DNA of 23,101 nucleotides from Thelocarpon superellum (taxonomy: Eukaryota). The position numbers and the translations under genes were made by a program. The notes beneath the pieces were generated by a model. The model saw nothing but the letters and a program-made list of their open reading frames with translations. It did no database searches and had not been told where the DNA came from. This document shows positions 10,321 to 21,255 of this stretch, piece after piece (the stretch's first letter is position 1; the number at the start of each line of letters is the position of its first letter). The stretch spans positions 62,001-85,101 of the forward strand of contig JAPEUG010000025.1 in NCBI GenBank assembly GCA_026025795.1, written 5' to 3'.

Positions 10321-10525
10321 CACCTGCTGGTCCCGTCCACTCCATCCTGGCGTCGATTGGTGACGCCACGCGCTAAGCCTTTCGACATATACCCTACAGT
10401 GGATGACTTCAACCAAATGTGCCGTGGCGGCTCATTGAAGCTTCAAAAGCGACCCTGAACACATCGTTTCTCCGTCCGCCCTAGTTGCCACTCGTGACCC
10501 ACCGCCTCATGGACGACCGTCAAAG

Positions 10526-12323
10526 ATGTTTGGTCGGTTCGTTCGGTCGAAACACGTGCTTCGTCCCCCAATCAAGGAACACCGACGACCGTTTACTTAC
10601 ACCAAGGCCCTCGCCCTCGCGAACGGGAGCGCCCGAGGCGCTCGAGTCGACAGGACCAGGGTGGACATTGTCAGTGAAGGGCTCTGCGGTATGATACCTT
10701 AAGCATGCGACATACCATTGCTCACTGGCTTCAGATGATGTGCTCGACCGACTCAGCCCGTCCTTGAGACCGCACGTGCATGGCGACATCATCGACATGC
10801 ATCCAGGCCGTGCTCTTTGGTCGGCCAAGCTCCACGATCGTCTACAGCCCCGCACACACATCCTGTTGGAGCCGGATGCACAGTATACCCCCTCTCTGGC
10901 CCCTTTGCTCGAAAGACGCAACTCACGCTACCGACATGTGGCCTGCTCCGGCTTCGAGACCTCGTCTTACGAGCGAATATTTGATGAAGGCCTCCTGCCC
11001 GAGCAACGTCGACGGCCACCGGGGAGTTCGCATCAAGATGAGGTCAATCCGTCCTTGCTCTTCGTGGCCAACCTGGGCCACCAATCGGCCAAACGGACCA
11101 CCTCGTCGTCGACATCCCACGCCATGATCTATCGGCTCATGACGGCCATCCGCTCGCATACGCTCTTCCATGCATACGGCCTTGTGCGCATGCTGATCTG
11201 GATCGCCGACGGCGAGAAACGCATGATCTTGCCGCGGACGGTGGGCGATCGACGCAAGTACACGGTCGAGGCTGAATTCTCCTTGGCGCAGGCGCTGGAG
11301 GTCGCCGGAGTCGAAGGGGGTGCGGGAAGCAGTCGTCGAGAACGTCGGCTGGACCTCGAGAGTGCAGTCAACGTGTCACGGTCGATGCGCGAGCGAGGCG
11401 TCACCACCCCGGCGCATCGCAAGGCACAGATTACGCGCGAGGCCGAGGCACGCCTCGATGCCCAGGACTCGGGAGACGTGCCCGACGTGAAGCAGCCGTC
11501 GGGAGAGGGCCGCGACTGGCAGCACGAACTGCATGAGCTGGAGGCGCGCTTTCGTCGTCGGGACTTCACCAAGTTCGTCGCCTCGGCCAGCCGCGACCAA
11601 CACAAAGGAGTGGTGCGGGAGAAGACGCCCGCGTACGCACGGCTCCTGGCGCTGCGGACTTTTGCACGGGCACAGCGGAAGAATCAAGACCAGGTCGAGC
11701 AGATGCTCGAGGAAGGCGCCGCGCTGGACCGACGACGATCGTCGCTCGAGCCGCACCCCACGCCGGAGCAACGGGAACAGCTCGCCACGGCGACACGGAC
11801 CCTCGCCAACCAAGTCGCTCGTCTCCCCGAGCCGGTCCGCGCCAAGATGTCCCTCTACCGCGACGACCGCCAGGCCTTTGCCACCCGTCCGCCGCTCTTG
11901 TCGTGGGACCGGCGACGGGACGAGCCCCTGGTGGTGCAGCCAGACGAGTTCAGCCCCGCCCACGCGCTTACGCTACTCGATCTGCGTCCGAAAGCCTTCC
12001 CATCCACGCTGCAGTCACCCGAAGCCTCCACCAGCTTCGAGTATCTGCTCTCCTCCCTCTTCCTCTACCCACGACGCACCCTCGGCGAGAGCCTCGCCAC
12101 CCTGGCCCCGGGCGCGGCTGACGCACTGCTGCCGCAGGTGACGGCACAGCTCCAGCGGCGAGGCGAGACGGCCGAGCTCACGTCGGTGACCGTGCGGAGT
12201 CTCAGCCCGGTGATGATTGAGGCTCTGGTCGGCGCCTGGGACGCGTGGCCCTTTCGACCCAGTCGCGTCGAGATGATGACGAAGATGGGAGTGACCCCGC
12301 GAGAAGGGTACCGACGCACGTGA
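10526..12323 (+). CDS. MTF1: Mitochondrial transcription factor Mtf1-like protein (KsgA/Dim1 rRNA adenine methyltransferase fold), 583 aa, 2 exons
   Basis: Exon 1 (10526-10688) begins with an Arg/Lys-rich, acid-poor presequence-like segment (MFGRFVRSKHVLRPPIK...). Intron 10689-10734 is GTATGA...CTCAC...TTCAG, 46 nt. The spliced sequence reads RVDIVSEGLCDDVLDRLSPSL...DIIDMHPGRALWSAKLHDRLQPRTHILLEPD. Later blocks NPSLLFVANL, LFHAYGLVRMLIW, LLSWDRR.EPL.V...EF.P...L.LLD..P and WPFRP fit Pezizomycotina Mtf1. Confidence 0.8.
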
Positions 12324-13076
12324 CCGCCAACGTCACGCCCGAGGCCCTGGCAACACAAGCGAAGGGCCTCGTCAACCTCGGCTAGTGGGCCCCCCCCTCG
12401 ACTTGGTCGTCGCTCACCCGACGTTCGCGCAGCGCTAAGCTCCCGCTGCGGTAAACTGGTGGCGGGGCGTCGGCCACCGGCCACCGTCAATAATAATAAT
12501 AGAGTCGGGTGGACGAACTGACGAGGCGACCAACCAACCACCTGTAAACTCCCCCCGCTACCACCGGTGCGACCGAGTCCCTCCGTCATGACCGCCGACG
12601 CCGTAGCATCTTCATTCCTCTCTTCATCTTGAACCGTTGCGACATTCCATCAGCCCTTCTCCGCACGCGTACCCACGTGGTCAACGACCTCATCATCTAA
12701 GCCCTCTGTTGATCGTCGCGCCAGGCACCATCCGATGGGGCGGACAATTCATTCGCTTACTTAGGACCTCGCGACGTCACCAGACTCGACGAGATTCGTG
12801 GTCGCCGTCGACAGGTCCATTCCCGAGACAGCGGAGCGGCCCACCGCCCACCGCTCAGCAGCTCAGCAGCCGTGGTGCCCGTCGCACCCTCCACCGACGA
12901 CGCGACAGCGCCCGTCAACCGCTTTACCTCGTCTCGTCCCGGCCGCCTTGTCAATTTCACCGTCGCGCGCGACGCAGGGGACGGAGGGTGGGCAGGCGTC
13001 CCGCCATTCTTTCTCGCCACCGCGAGCCCTCTCAGGCCTGTGTGCAACGGCACGTTTTCGACTACCACCGCGGTGC

Positions 13077-13077
<1 letters not shown>

Positions 13078-13107
<30 letters not shown>
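13078..13107. repeat. (CGA)x10 microsatellite 13 nt upstream of the membrane-protein start codon
   Basis: Ten perfect CGA units read directly. Confidence 0.95.
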
Positions 13108-13108
<1 letters not shown>

Positions 13109-13120
13109 TAGGACACCAGA

Positions 13121-13868
13121 ATGGCCGAGACTGTGCGAGTCATCCGGCGGACGACGCGGTATCGATGGCCCGATCTCCAGCTGAACATCTGGTTGATCAT
13201 CTTCCTGGCCGCGTCCGCCACCTTGACCGGCATCTTCGCCAACTTCATGACCATTCAGAATCAACTCGGCCTCGGCATCCCATGGTACGTCTCTACCCTC
13301 AAGGGTCGCCGACACTTCGTACGCACTGAAGCGCCGAAGGCTAATGGCGATTTCTGGTGCACAGGTACTTCCCCTACTGGGTCTCGGTGGGCGCGCTGGG
13401 CATCCTCTTCGTCGCCATCATCATCTGGCTGACGGCGACGCGCCAACTCATCCCGGGTGTCGTGGTCATCGGCTCCTTCATCCTCTTTGTCCTCTTCCTC
13501 ACCGGCCTGATCAAAATCTCCATCGAGCTGTGGGGTCCCTCGGGCAGCGTCAGCATGAACTGCTCCCAATTCGTCGACAACCAGCAGTTCTGGGGCTTGA
13601 GCATCAACACCCTGGCCTGGCTCACGCAAAGCAGCATCTGTACGTTTCCGTCCCTTTTCGTTTTCCCGTCTCCCTTTCCCCGTTTTCCTTTTCCCTTGCC
13701 CAACCAGCACTGTGCCATTCGTCTGTGCCGTGTAGCAAGACCAGACTAACACGATGGGGAACAGGCGCACAATGGAAAACAGCATTCAGCTTTGCTCTCG
13801 TCGGCACCGTCTTCCTCTTGTGGATGCTCGTGATGGCGTGGCAAGTGCAACAAGACAACTTTGACTGA
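13121..13868 (+). CDS. Conserved fungal four-transmembrane (MARVEL-like) protein, 180 aa, 3 exons
   Basis: Exons 13121-13284, 13365-13639 and 13765-13868; introns GTACGT...CTAAT...CACAG (80 nt) and GTACGT...CTAAC...AACAG (125 nt). Four hydrophobic helices: LQLNIWLIIFLAASATLTGIFANF, YWVSVGALGILFVAIIIWL, LIPGVVVIGSFILFVLFLTGLI and FSFALVGTVFLLWMLVMAW. A Cys pair lies in the second outer loop. Confidence 0.88.
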
Positions 13869-14037
13869 TGTTGATGTTACCGCGTGCACAGCTCATTCGC
13901 TCGCCCTGCTGTGCTTTCCTTGTCGTGTTCATAGGATCGTCATCGGCGTCAGTTGGGACCTCTTACACATCGCAACACTTTTTCGACCTCATGTGCGTCT
14001 GCATCTACTTGTTCCCCCGGGGCGCTGTGATTCGGCC

Positions 14038-14331
14038 GGCGTGGCGTGGCGTGGCGCGACGTGGCGTGATATGGGATGGAATAGGATAGGATAGGGCCGC
14101 TCTAGTGTCATCTGATTTGGCAGACGGACGGATGGACGGGAGGGATGAAGCAAGAAAGATGAAAGGACAGATGGACGGGCGGAAGAAAGGAAGGGAGAAT
14201 ATCTGAACGAGCAAAAGGAAGCGTTTAAATCTCCCCCACTGCGTTCTACGCAGACACTGTCATATAGTCGGGCAGTCCCATACTCTACACTGTATACTCC
14301 CAATCCCATCCCGATCCATCCCATCCCATCC
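14038..14331. repeat. Simple-repeat-rich convergent 3' intergenic region
   Basis: (GGCGT)n at 14038-14067, GGATA/GGATG units at ~14072-14096, GGAC/GGAT units at ~14123-14140 and CCCAT units at ~14298-14331. Confidence 0.75.
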
Positions 14332-14411
14332 AAGGGAAATGCAAATCTAAACGTAGCGGATCTGCATCCATCTTCCATGTGAGTCATCTAATCGTCCCGC
14401 ATCCCTACCCT

Positions 14412-15233
14412 TCAGGCCCCGTTGCCAGAGAGGTGATAATTGCCGCTCGCCCAGGTCGCGAACCATGGATTGAGCGTGACCGACGAGCTGGTGCCGATGC
14501 AGTTGACGGAGAGGTTGTGGCCAGACGCCTTCAACAGGGCGTCGTGCATGCAGTCGTGGCCGATCGGGTACGGCCAGAGCAGGTGGAAGAAGATGAAGTC
14601 GCGCGGTCGGTTGTCCAGCGTGCCATTCACAAAGTCCTCCGGGTTGCACGTCCAGTCGAGGACGAGCCCGCAGGAGGCGCGGAGGTTGTCGAGCACCCCG
14701 CGCCCGCACCCACGCGGATCTTCCGGCCAATTGATGATCTCGATACGCGCCTCGACCAGCGCATGCTTGATGTCGTATTGGCACGCGGCGTCCGTTGCAT
14801 TCGTGACAATCGCCTGTACGGGAGGACTGGGAGGGCTAGAGGCACTCGATGAGCTCGCGGATATGTCGTTGCCACCGCCGCTGCTGGTGTCGTCCCCGCT
14901 GGCAGATTCCGGCGCAGGCACTGCTAAGGGGATGCTCGCGCCCGCCGCCCCGAGGCCACTGTCGGATGCTCCGGCGCCGGTGAGCGGGTAGAATCCCCCG
15001 TTGTTATAGATGTAGGCCCCGTCTGGTAGCGGCACCGTTGGCGTGGGAAGAGCCAGGGTCGCGCTGCTACTTGAAGGGGCGAGGAGATACGTCATACTGA
15101 AGATGGGGTCGTTGCGTGACCGGATTTCTTTGAACCCGGCCGCTGAAGGCCGTGGGTGGGCGGCCACGGGCCGGCACAGCCAGAGGCTGCATATCAGTGG
15201 AATGAGCCACCATCGACGCCGTCCACGCATCAT
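14412..15233 (-). CDS. Putative secreted protein, 273 aa: signal peptide, Ser/Gly/Pro/Ala-rich linker, C-terminal ~95-aa domain with 6 Cys
   Basis: First ATG at 15233: MMRGRRRWWLIPLICSLWLCRPVAA-HP (basic n-region, hydrophobic core, VAA cleavage motif). The C-terminal domain runs ACQYDIK...RGCGRGVLDNLRASCGLVLDWTCN...HDCMHDALLKASGHNLSVNC. No intron is needed. Confidence 0.75.
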   Translation of the reverse strand: MMRGRRRWWLIPLICSLWLCRPVAAHPRPSAAGFKEIRSRNDPIFSMTYLLAPSSSSATLALPTPTVPLPDGAYIYNNGGFYPLTGAGASDSGLGAAGASIPLAVPAPESASGDDTSSGGGNDISASSSSASSPPSPPVQAIVTNATDAACQYDIKHALVEARIEIINWPEDPRGCGRGVLDNLRASCGLVLDWTCNPEDFVNGTLDNRPRDFIFFHLLWPYPIGHDCMHDALLKASGHNLSVNCIGTSSSVTLNPWFATWASGNYHLSGNGA

Positions 15234-15947
15234 CTCCGTCACGTCTTGGGCAATGCAGATGCCCGCAGACCATCGGCCATCACCCACGCCACCGTCTCTC
15301 ACCGTCGTGCCAGGTGGTGGAGGAGAGTGTGGGGCGGTGAGGTGAGGGTGCGTAGAAAGTAAGGACGGCTCCCGCGTAGGGCAAATACCGTTCCGCGGGT
15401 ATAATAAAGCCGCTCCACCCTCCCACGAGCGGTTCTACCGTGGTCATACACGCGTAGGCGCTCGTGCTCCCGCCTGTCATGCGTACCGCCCTGCCTTGCC
15501 CTACTGCGTACATAAGTGCTTGGAAGGTGTGCCTGATAGGCAAGTCGGTCGGATACCGTAGTACTGGTAGGGACCCTGCCTTGATCAGGCCTCGCAGACT
15601 TTTCCACCCAACAAGGACGGCTAGTCTTACTGGGGGTGACGAGGGATCCAGGGATCATGGGAATCCTTCGCATCGGGGTCTGAGCAATGTGCGACTTCTC
15701 TCTCTCGTACTCGTCACTGCACGTGGTTTCAGACCCGACGGGTGTTGGCCATGCAGCTTGACCTAACCGCCACACCGCGCTAATCGAGCCGGTGTCTCTT
15801 AGTGGGCCTTTCTCCCACGGTTCACTTCCTCACGTGACCTTGGGCTCGGTGGCGCGACGTGTTTTACGGAAGACTGCGAGAGCCCGCCAGGGATTACGGG
15901 AGTCGCAGCGCACCCGAGACGACACATCCGCGACATTCTAGGAGTCC

Positions 15948-15975
15948 TGACTCGTGATTCGTGATTCGTGATTCG
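15948..15975. repeat. (TGAYTCG)x4 heptamer repeat in the secreted-gene/apsB divergent region
   Basis: TGACTCG TGATTCG TGATTCG TGATTCG. Confidence 0.85.
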
Positions 15976-16410
15976 AGGTGGCCCGAGTGCCCCGTCGGCT
16001 TCCCGCCAAAACAAACCCGCAGCTGCGAAGACGGAGGGACAGGGTACCTCGACTTCCATCGACTACTCGTCCCCATGATCGTGAAGATTGAAGCTATCTA
16101 CCACCGCCCCGCGCGGTCCTCTTTGCGCCGGAACGCACTCGGACCCTACCGGATCCCCGATATTCGGTCGATGGTCCACGGCTCGTGAGGATTCGGGCGT
16201 TCTACCGCATTCTCTCTCGACTGGAACACACGCTCATTCTGCGTTTCCTCGTGCGACCGTCTTCCGTCTTCTTCCGACCAGGCCACGCGTCGAGCGTCAC
16301 CGGCCGCTTTGCCTACCCTCGCTGGCCTAACTGATGCCATCCGTGCCTCCGACAGCCCTGCCTGCGACCTCTGGGCCCGGCAGCACTCCTTGACGCAGGC
16401 GCCTCTCATC

Positions 16411-19400
16411 ATGGCCTCGCCGCCCTCCTCCCCGCCCCCGCCGACCATTCGTCAGCGGGCGCCGGGTAATACCGTGCCGGGTGGCTTTGACTACCATGAA
16501 TCCCACGAACCCGTTCAGGACCACAACTCTACCACCTTGCCCCCGCTCCCGCCCGACGACAGCAGTCTGCTCGCCCCCGCCAGCGACGAGGGTGTCAGCC
16601 GCGCCGGCGACGATTCAATGGGAATCAGCGAGAAAGAGATGGGTCGAAAACTGATGGATATCGAATCAAGCTTCCTGCCCGCGGCCCCGTCACCGTTGAT
16701 GCACTCTGGGGACGAGGACGTTCTGCCGACCCCAATCACCGCTCTCGGCCAGATGGGGCCGCCGCCGCGGCCACGGCCCAAGCCGGACATACCGACGTAC
16801 GCCGCACAGCCGGACAGCTTGTCAGAAGAGCGGGCGCGCGAGCGATCTTATTCTCCGCCAACACCGCCCGAGACCTACCGGACCCCCGCGCCCCCGGCCG
16901 ACGAGTCCCCTCCCCGCGCACGTTCCGTCAACGGTGATGAGACCAACCTCACTACTAGCACATCGATGCTCGAGACCATGTCCTCGTCTCCCACCGCCGC
17001 CGCCGCCGCCCGGACCATCTCTCGCGTTGTCTCCATGGCCAGCGTCGGGGGCTACGAGACGGCCGACGATCGAAGTCCGGAGCGACCCAGCACCCGATCG
17101 ACAACCGAAGACCTTCTGGCTGACGGCGAACGTACCCCCCGAGGATCGCGCCACCGTGGTCCCGTGGGGAGTGCAGCCGCGCAAGAGGTGCCCGAGGGCG
17201 CACCGGCGACGACACGGCTGCCTCTCGCCCCGCCTAAATCGCTCCGTGATCGATTCGCCGCCCAGCGCGCCTCCATATCCTCGCTGACCGCCAGCTCCAA
17301 CAGCTCCAAGGAGGGAGGGAGCGATGTCACCCTAGGCGCCGAGGATCATGTGCCTGCCGACGGTGGCTTGGCGCCTAATACGCACCTCAATCGCACGCAT
17401 ATGGAGCTGTCGCGATCGACGAGTCTGGGGAGTATCGTCTCGGGCATCACCGGCTACGAGGAACCGGGCAACGCGTGGCTGGGACGATCCGTCAGTGGTA
17501 CCTCGCTCGCCGGCGGCCCCGTCGGGCTCGGCGACCAGGGCATGGACCGGCTTGACGAAGAGACGGCGTCGGCCGACGAACCGGACCTGAACCCCCAAGC
17601 CTCCCCGCGCACGCTCGCCACCGACCCCAACACCCCGCGCGCGTCCGGACGTCATCTGACCGCGCCCACCGACACCGTCATCGCGCAGCACGTCCGCAAC
17701 ATCCAGGTGCCGGCGTCCATCGCGCGCGAGTACCGGCAGAACAACCGGCCGGGCTCGCCCGACAAGCGGGCCGGAGCCGGGATGCCCACGCCCCTCCACG
17801 GACGCGGCAAGAGCCTCACGCTCAAGGAGCAGAGCAGCTCCATCGATCGGTTACAGAAGGAGAACTTCGACCTGAAGCTCAAGATTCACTATCTCAACCA
17901 GGCGCTGAACGAACGTTCCGAGGAAGGCGTCAAGGAGATGATCTCGGAGAACGTCGAGCTGAAGGCCGGGCTGGCCACCATGGAGAAGCAGGCCCGCACC
18001 TTGCGCAAGACCATTCGTGACCTCGAGCGCGCCCAGCGTGAGCGCGAGCGTGAGCGCGATGCCAACGCTACCGACGGGCCCGCCGGCGGTGAGCGCGCCG
18101 AGGAGAGCGAGCACGTGGCGCCGGAGGTGGTGCAAGAACTCACCGAGGAGATTACCTTCTGGCGGGAACGGGTCGAGACGTACGAGGTGGAGATGGAGCA
18201 CATGCGGCGCGAGGACGTGGCACGCGAGGCTGAGAAGCGGCGCCTGGCCGAGATGGTCAAGAACCTGGGCGAACGACGTGGGCGGAGCATGGACAGCGAG
18301 GAGACGGACATGTGGAAGGAGCTGTTGGACGGCGAGGCCGCACGACGCGAGCAGGCGGACCAAGAAAACCGCCAGCTCCGCGAGGAGATCGCCCGTCTGA
18401 GCCATGACCACGCCGCGCCGGCCGCCGCGACAACGAACAATCACACGCGCAATGTGTACGTCGTCAACAAGCGCCCGCCGCTGTCCGGCGCCCGCTCCTA
18501 CTCCGGCGAGTCGCACGGAGTCGACGAGCGGCACGGCTCGGCGAGCGCGGGCAGCAGCACGGCGGTGGAGCAGCTGCGGCACGAGAATGAGGAGCTCCGG
18601 CGAGAGGTCAGCGCGCAGACGTCGATGCTCACGTCGCGCAACCGCGAGAAGGAACGGCTCTACCAGGAGATCGAAGACCTCAAGCTCGGTCACCGCACCG
18701 ACGGCGGCCGTTCCGTGGCGGGAGACAGCATCCTGGAACGCTCGGCGTCGCGGGCCCACGAGCGCACGCCCTCGTGGGCCAGCGTCGGCACGCGCGTCAC
18801 CGCGCTCAGCGACCGGACGCGCGACGACTACGAGCGCAAGAATGGGGAGCTGCGCGACCAGCTGTCGACGCTCAAGATGGCCAATCAGGAGCTGGAGCTG
18901 CAGCTTGACAACTGCATGGACGATCTCGAAAAGGCCGACGTGGCCAAGGCGGAGCTCGAGCGGGCCGCGACGTCGTACCAGGACGAGAACGACCTCTTGA
19001 CGGCGGATCTGCAGACGATGCAGGCCGAGCGCGACGAGGCCCTGACGCTGCGCGAGGATCTCGAGGCTGAGTTCGAGGCGCTGAAGCAGGAGGCCAACGA
19101 CGAGATCGCCGCGCTCGAGGCCGCGCTCGACCAGAAGAACGACGAGGCGCAGCGGCTCGGGGCCGAGCGGATGCACCACGAGGAGACGTTCAACGCGCTG
19201 CAGGCCGAGATGCGGGCCATGAGCGAGGGCGTGGTTCGGCTCGAGGATGAGCAGCAGGCCAACAGGCACAAGGCGCAGCGCCAGCAGCGCGAGCTGGACG
19301 AGTCGAGCCGCGAGATCGAGGGACTGGAGAAGGCGCTGCGGGAGGCCCACAGCAAGATCGAACGCTTCACGGTGCAGCAGGAGTCGAGCCAGAGCGAGAT

Positions 19401-20914
19401 CGCCTTCCTGCGCGAGGAGCAAGACGCGGACAAGATGAAGATTGGCGACCTGGAGTCGGCGCTGAAGAAGACCGAGGCGAACCTACAGGACGAGCGCGAC
19501 CGGGTGGCGGAGCTGGAGAAGCGCGTGGTGGACGAGCGGCACCAGCGCGAGCTGGTGGGCAGCAAGGAGAAGCAGGAGGTGCAGCGGATGATGAACGACC
19601 TGCAGCGCGAAGCCTCGGCGGCCAAGGACGAGGCCCGCCGGCTGCGCAAGAGCCTGTCGTCGCGCGAGATCGAGGCGACGGAGTGGAAGGAGCGCTTGAC
19701 GGAGCTGGAGAACAACCTGCGCGAGGCCTTGGGCGATCTCAGTGGGACGCGGTCGAGCCTTCTCACGGTACGTGTGTCGCACGGGGGACCACGCGGCGGG
19801 GCGCGGATGGCCATGCTGACCCAGGTGCGCGCAGTCAGTGACGAAGCTGCAGAAGGAGCTCGAGGAGAGCGTGACGGAGCTGGAGAGCACGCGGCACACG
19901 TTGGCGGACAAGGAGCGGGTGCTGCGGCATCGCGACGCGCTGCTGGAGAACACGGGGCTCGAGTCGCGCCGGCTGTCGGACCTGCTGGACCGCGAGCGGC
20001 AGGCGCGCAAGGCGGACAAGTACCAGATCGAGACGCTGCAGCGCACGACGCAGCACACGAGCCGGACGCTGGCGACGCACGAGACGCGAGTCAAGGAGCT
20101 GGAGAGCGCGCGGCAGAGCGACGGCAAGAAGATGGCCAGCCTCGAGACGCAGTTCGCGGAGAAGATGCTGGAGCGCAACAACCTGCTCCTGTCGCTGTGG
20201 CACCGGCTGTCGATGCTGTGCGGGCCCGACTGGGCGCACAAGCACACGCTGGTCAACGGCCGGCTGCCCAGCGTGGAGGTGGTGGCGTCGGCGCTGCCGA
20301 GCTTCAGCAAGAACCTGCTGCTGGCGGTGACGACGATCGAGGCGCTCATCGGCAGCTTCAAGAACAGCATCCGCGGGGTGGAGCGCGACCTGTGGAAGCA
20401 GTACCAGTCGCTCGAGCACGAGCTCGAGGTGCGGAGCAAGAAGCTCGAGCGGCTCGAGGGCCTCGTGCACGGCCGGCGCTCGTCGTCGGGCACGTCGACG
20501 GAGCTGGCCAAGCTGCGGGGCGAGTGCCGCGTGCTCAAGGCCGAGGTCAACATCCTGCGCAAGGCCGAGGGGCCGTCGCGCGGCCCGCCCGGCTCCATCC
20601 CCGTGCGCGACGTCAGCCGCGGCGCCACCTCGGCCCTCAGCCGGCACAACTCGCTCACGTCGGCGGTGGAGCCCTACGAGCGGCAGCACAGCGCGGGCGG
20701 CACGGCGGCCTCGTCCGCCACCGCGTTGGACGACGACCCGACGGAGCAGCGGTGGGTGCATCGCCTCCGCGAGCTCGAGCGACGGCTCAAGGCGGAACGC
20801 GAGGCACGCCTGCTGGACCGCAACGGTGCGCGCAAACGGCTGGAGGAAGGGCGGGCGGAGAACGAAGAGCTGCGTCTGGAGCTGGAGCGGGCCAAGACTA
20901 AGATCGCCGACTGA
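16411..20914 (+). CDS. apsB: Gamma-tubulin complex receptor / MTOC protein ApsB (Mto1, centrosomin family), 1478 aa, 2 exons
   Basis: Exon 1 is 16411-19767; intron 19768-19834 is GTACGT...GCTGAC...GCAG, 67 nt; exon 2 is 19835-20914. Disordered N-terminus, CM1 motif LTLKEQSSSIDRLQKENFDLKLKIHYLNQAL, long coiled coils (ELRREVSAQTSMLTSRNREKERLYQEIEDLKL) and C-terminal MASC-type motif WVHRLRELERRLKAEREARLLDRNGARKRLEE. Confidence 0.93.
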
Positions 20915-21231
20915 GGCAGGGGCGCGTGGCGCGTGTCGTGACGCCCCAGCGTAGCTTGCGCGTGTCTTCTCGACCTGCCTGGTGCACTGTTGATATCCTT
21001 GCTCTTCCAGCTTTGTAGGACTACGTCCCGGGCCCTCCGTCTCTCTAGCCCTCTTGCCTTCTGGTGCTCTCTCTCGACGAAAGCTCTCCATGTGGGCGAT
21101 GACGCCATTCGGGGGCCACTGAAACTATGAGGATCATTCACCTAGTCATTCACCCCATCTTCCATTCGTTCACCTTAGCTCTCACGCTTTAGACATGTGG
21201 ACGCAGTGGTCGCTCGTAGCTCGTATCAGTG

Positions 21232-21255
21232 GGCGATGGCGATGGCGATGGCAAT
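21232..21255. repeat. (GGCRAT)x4 hexamer repeat
   Basis: GGCGAT x3 followed by GGCAAT. Confidence 0.75.

Noticed and set aside
9801..10458. Repetitive ORFs (MGW / MDG / HPI repeats)
   Set aside because: Translations of the GGAT microsatellite in the divergent promoter.
16309..20901. 1530-aa ORF taken as a single protein
   Set aside because: It begins at a non-ATG codon and reads through a canonical 67-nt intron. Coiled-coil and MASC homology continues in the 19835-20914 frame, so the Gly/Ala tail is a shadow frame.
17851..21091. Long antisense ORFs (523, 418, 391 and 309 aa) over apsB
   Set aside because: Expected shadows of high-GC3 coding sequence; no recognisable domains.
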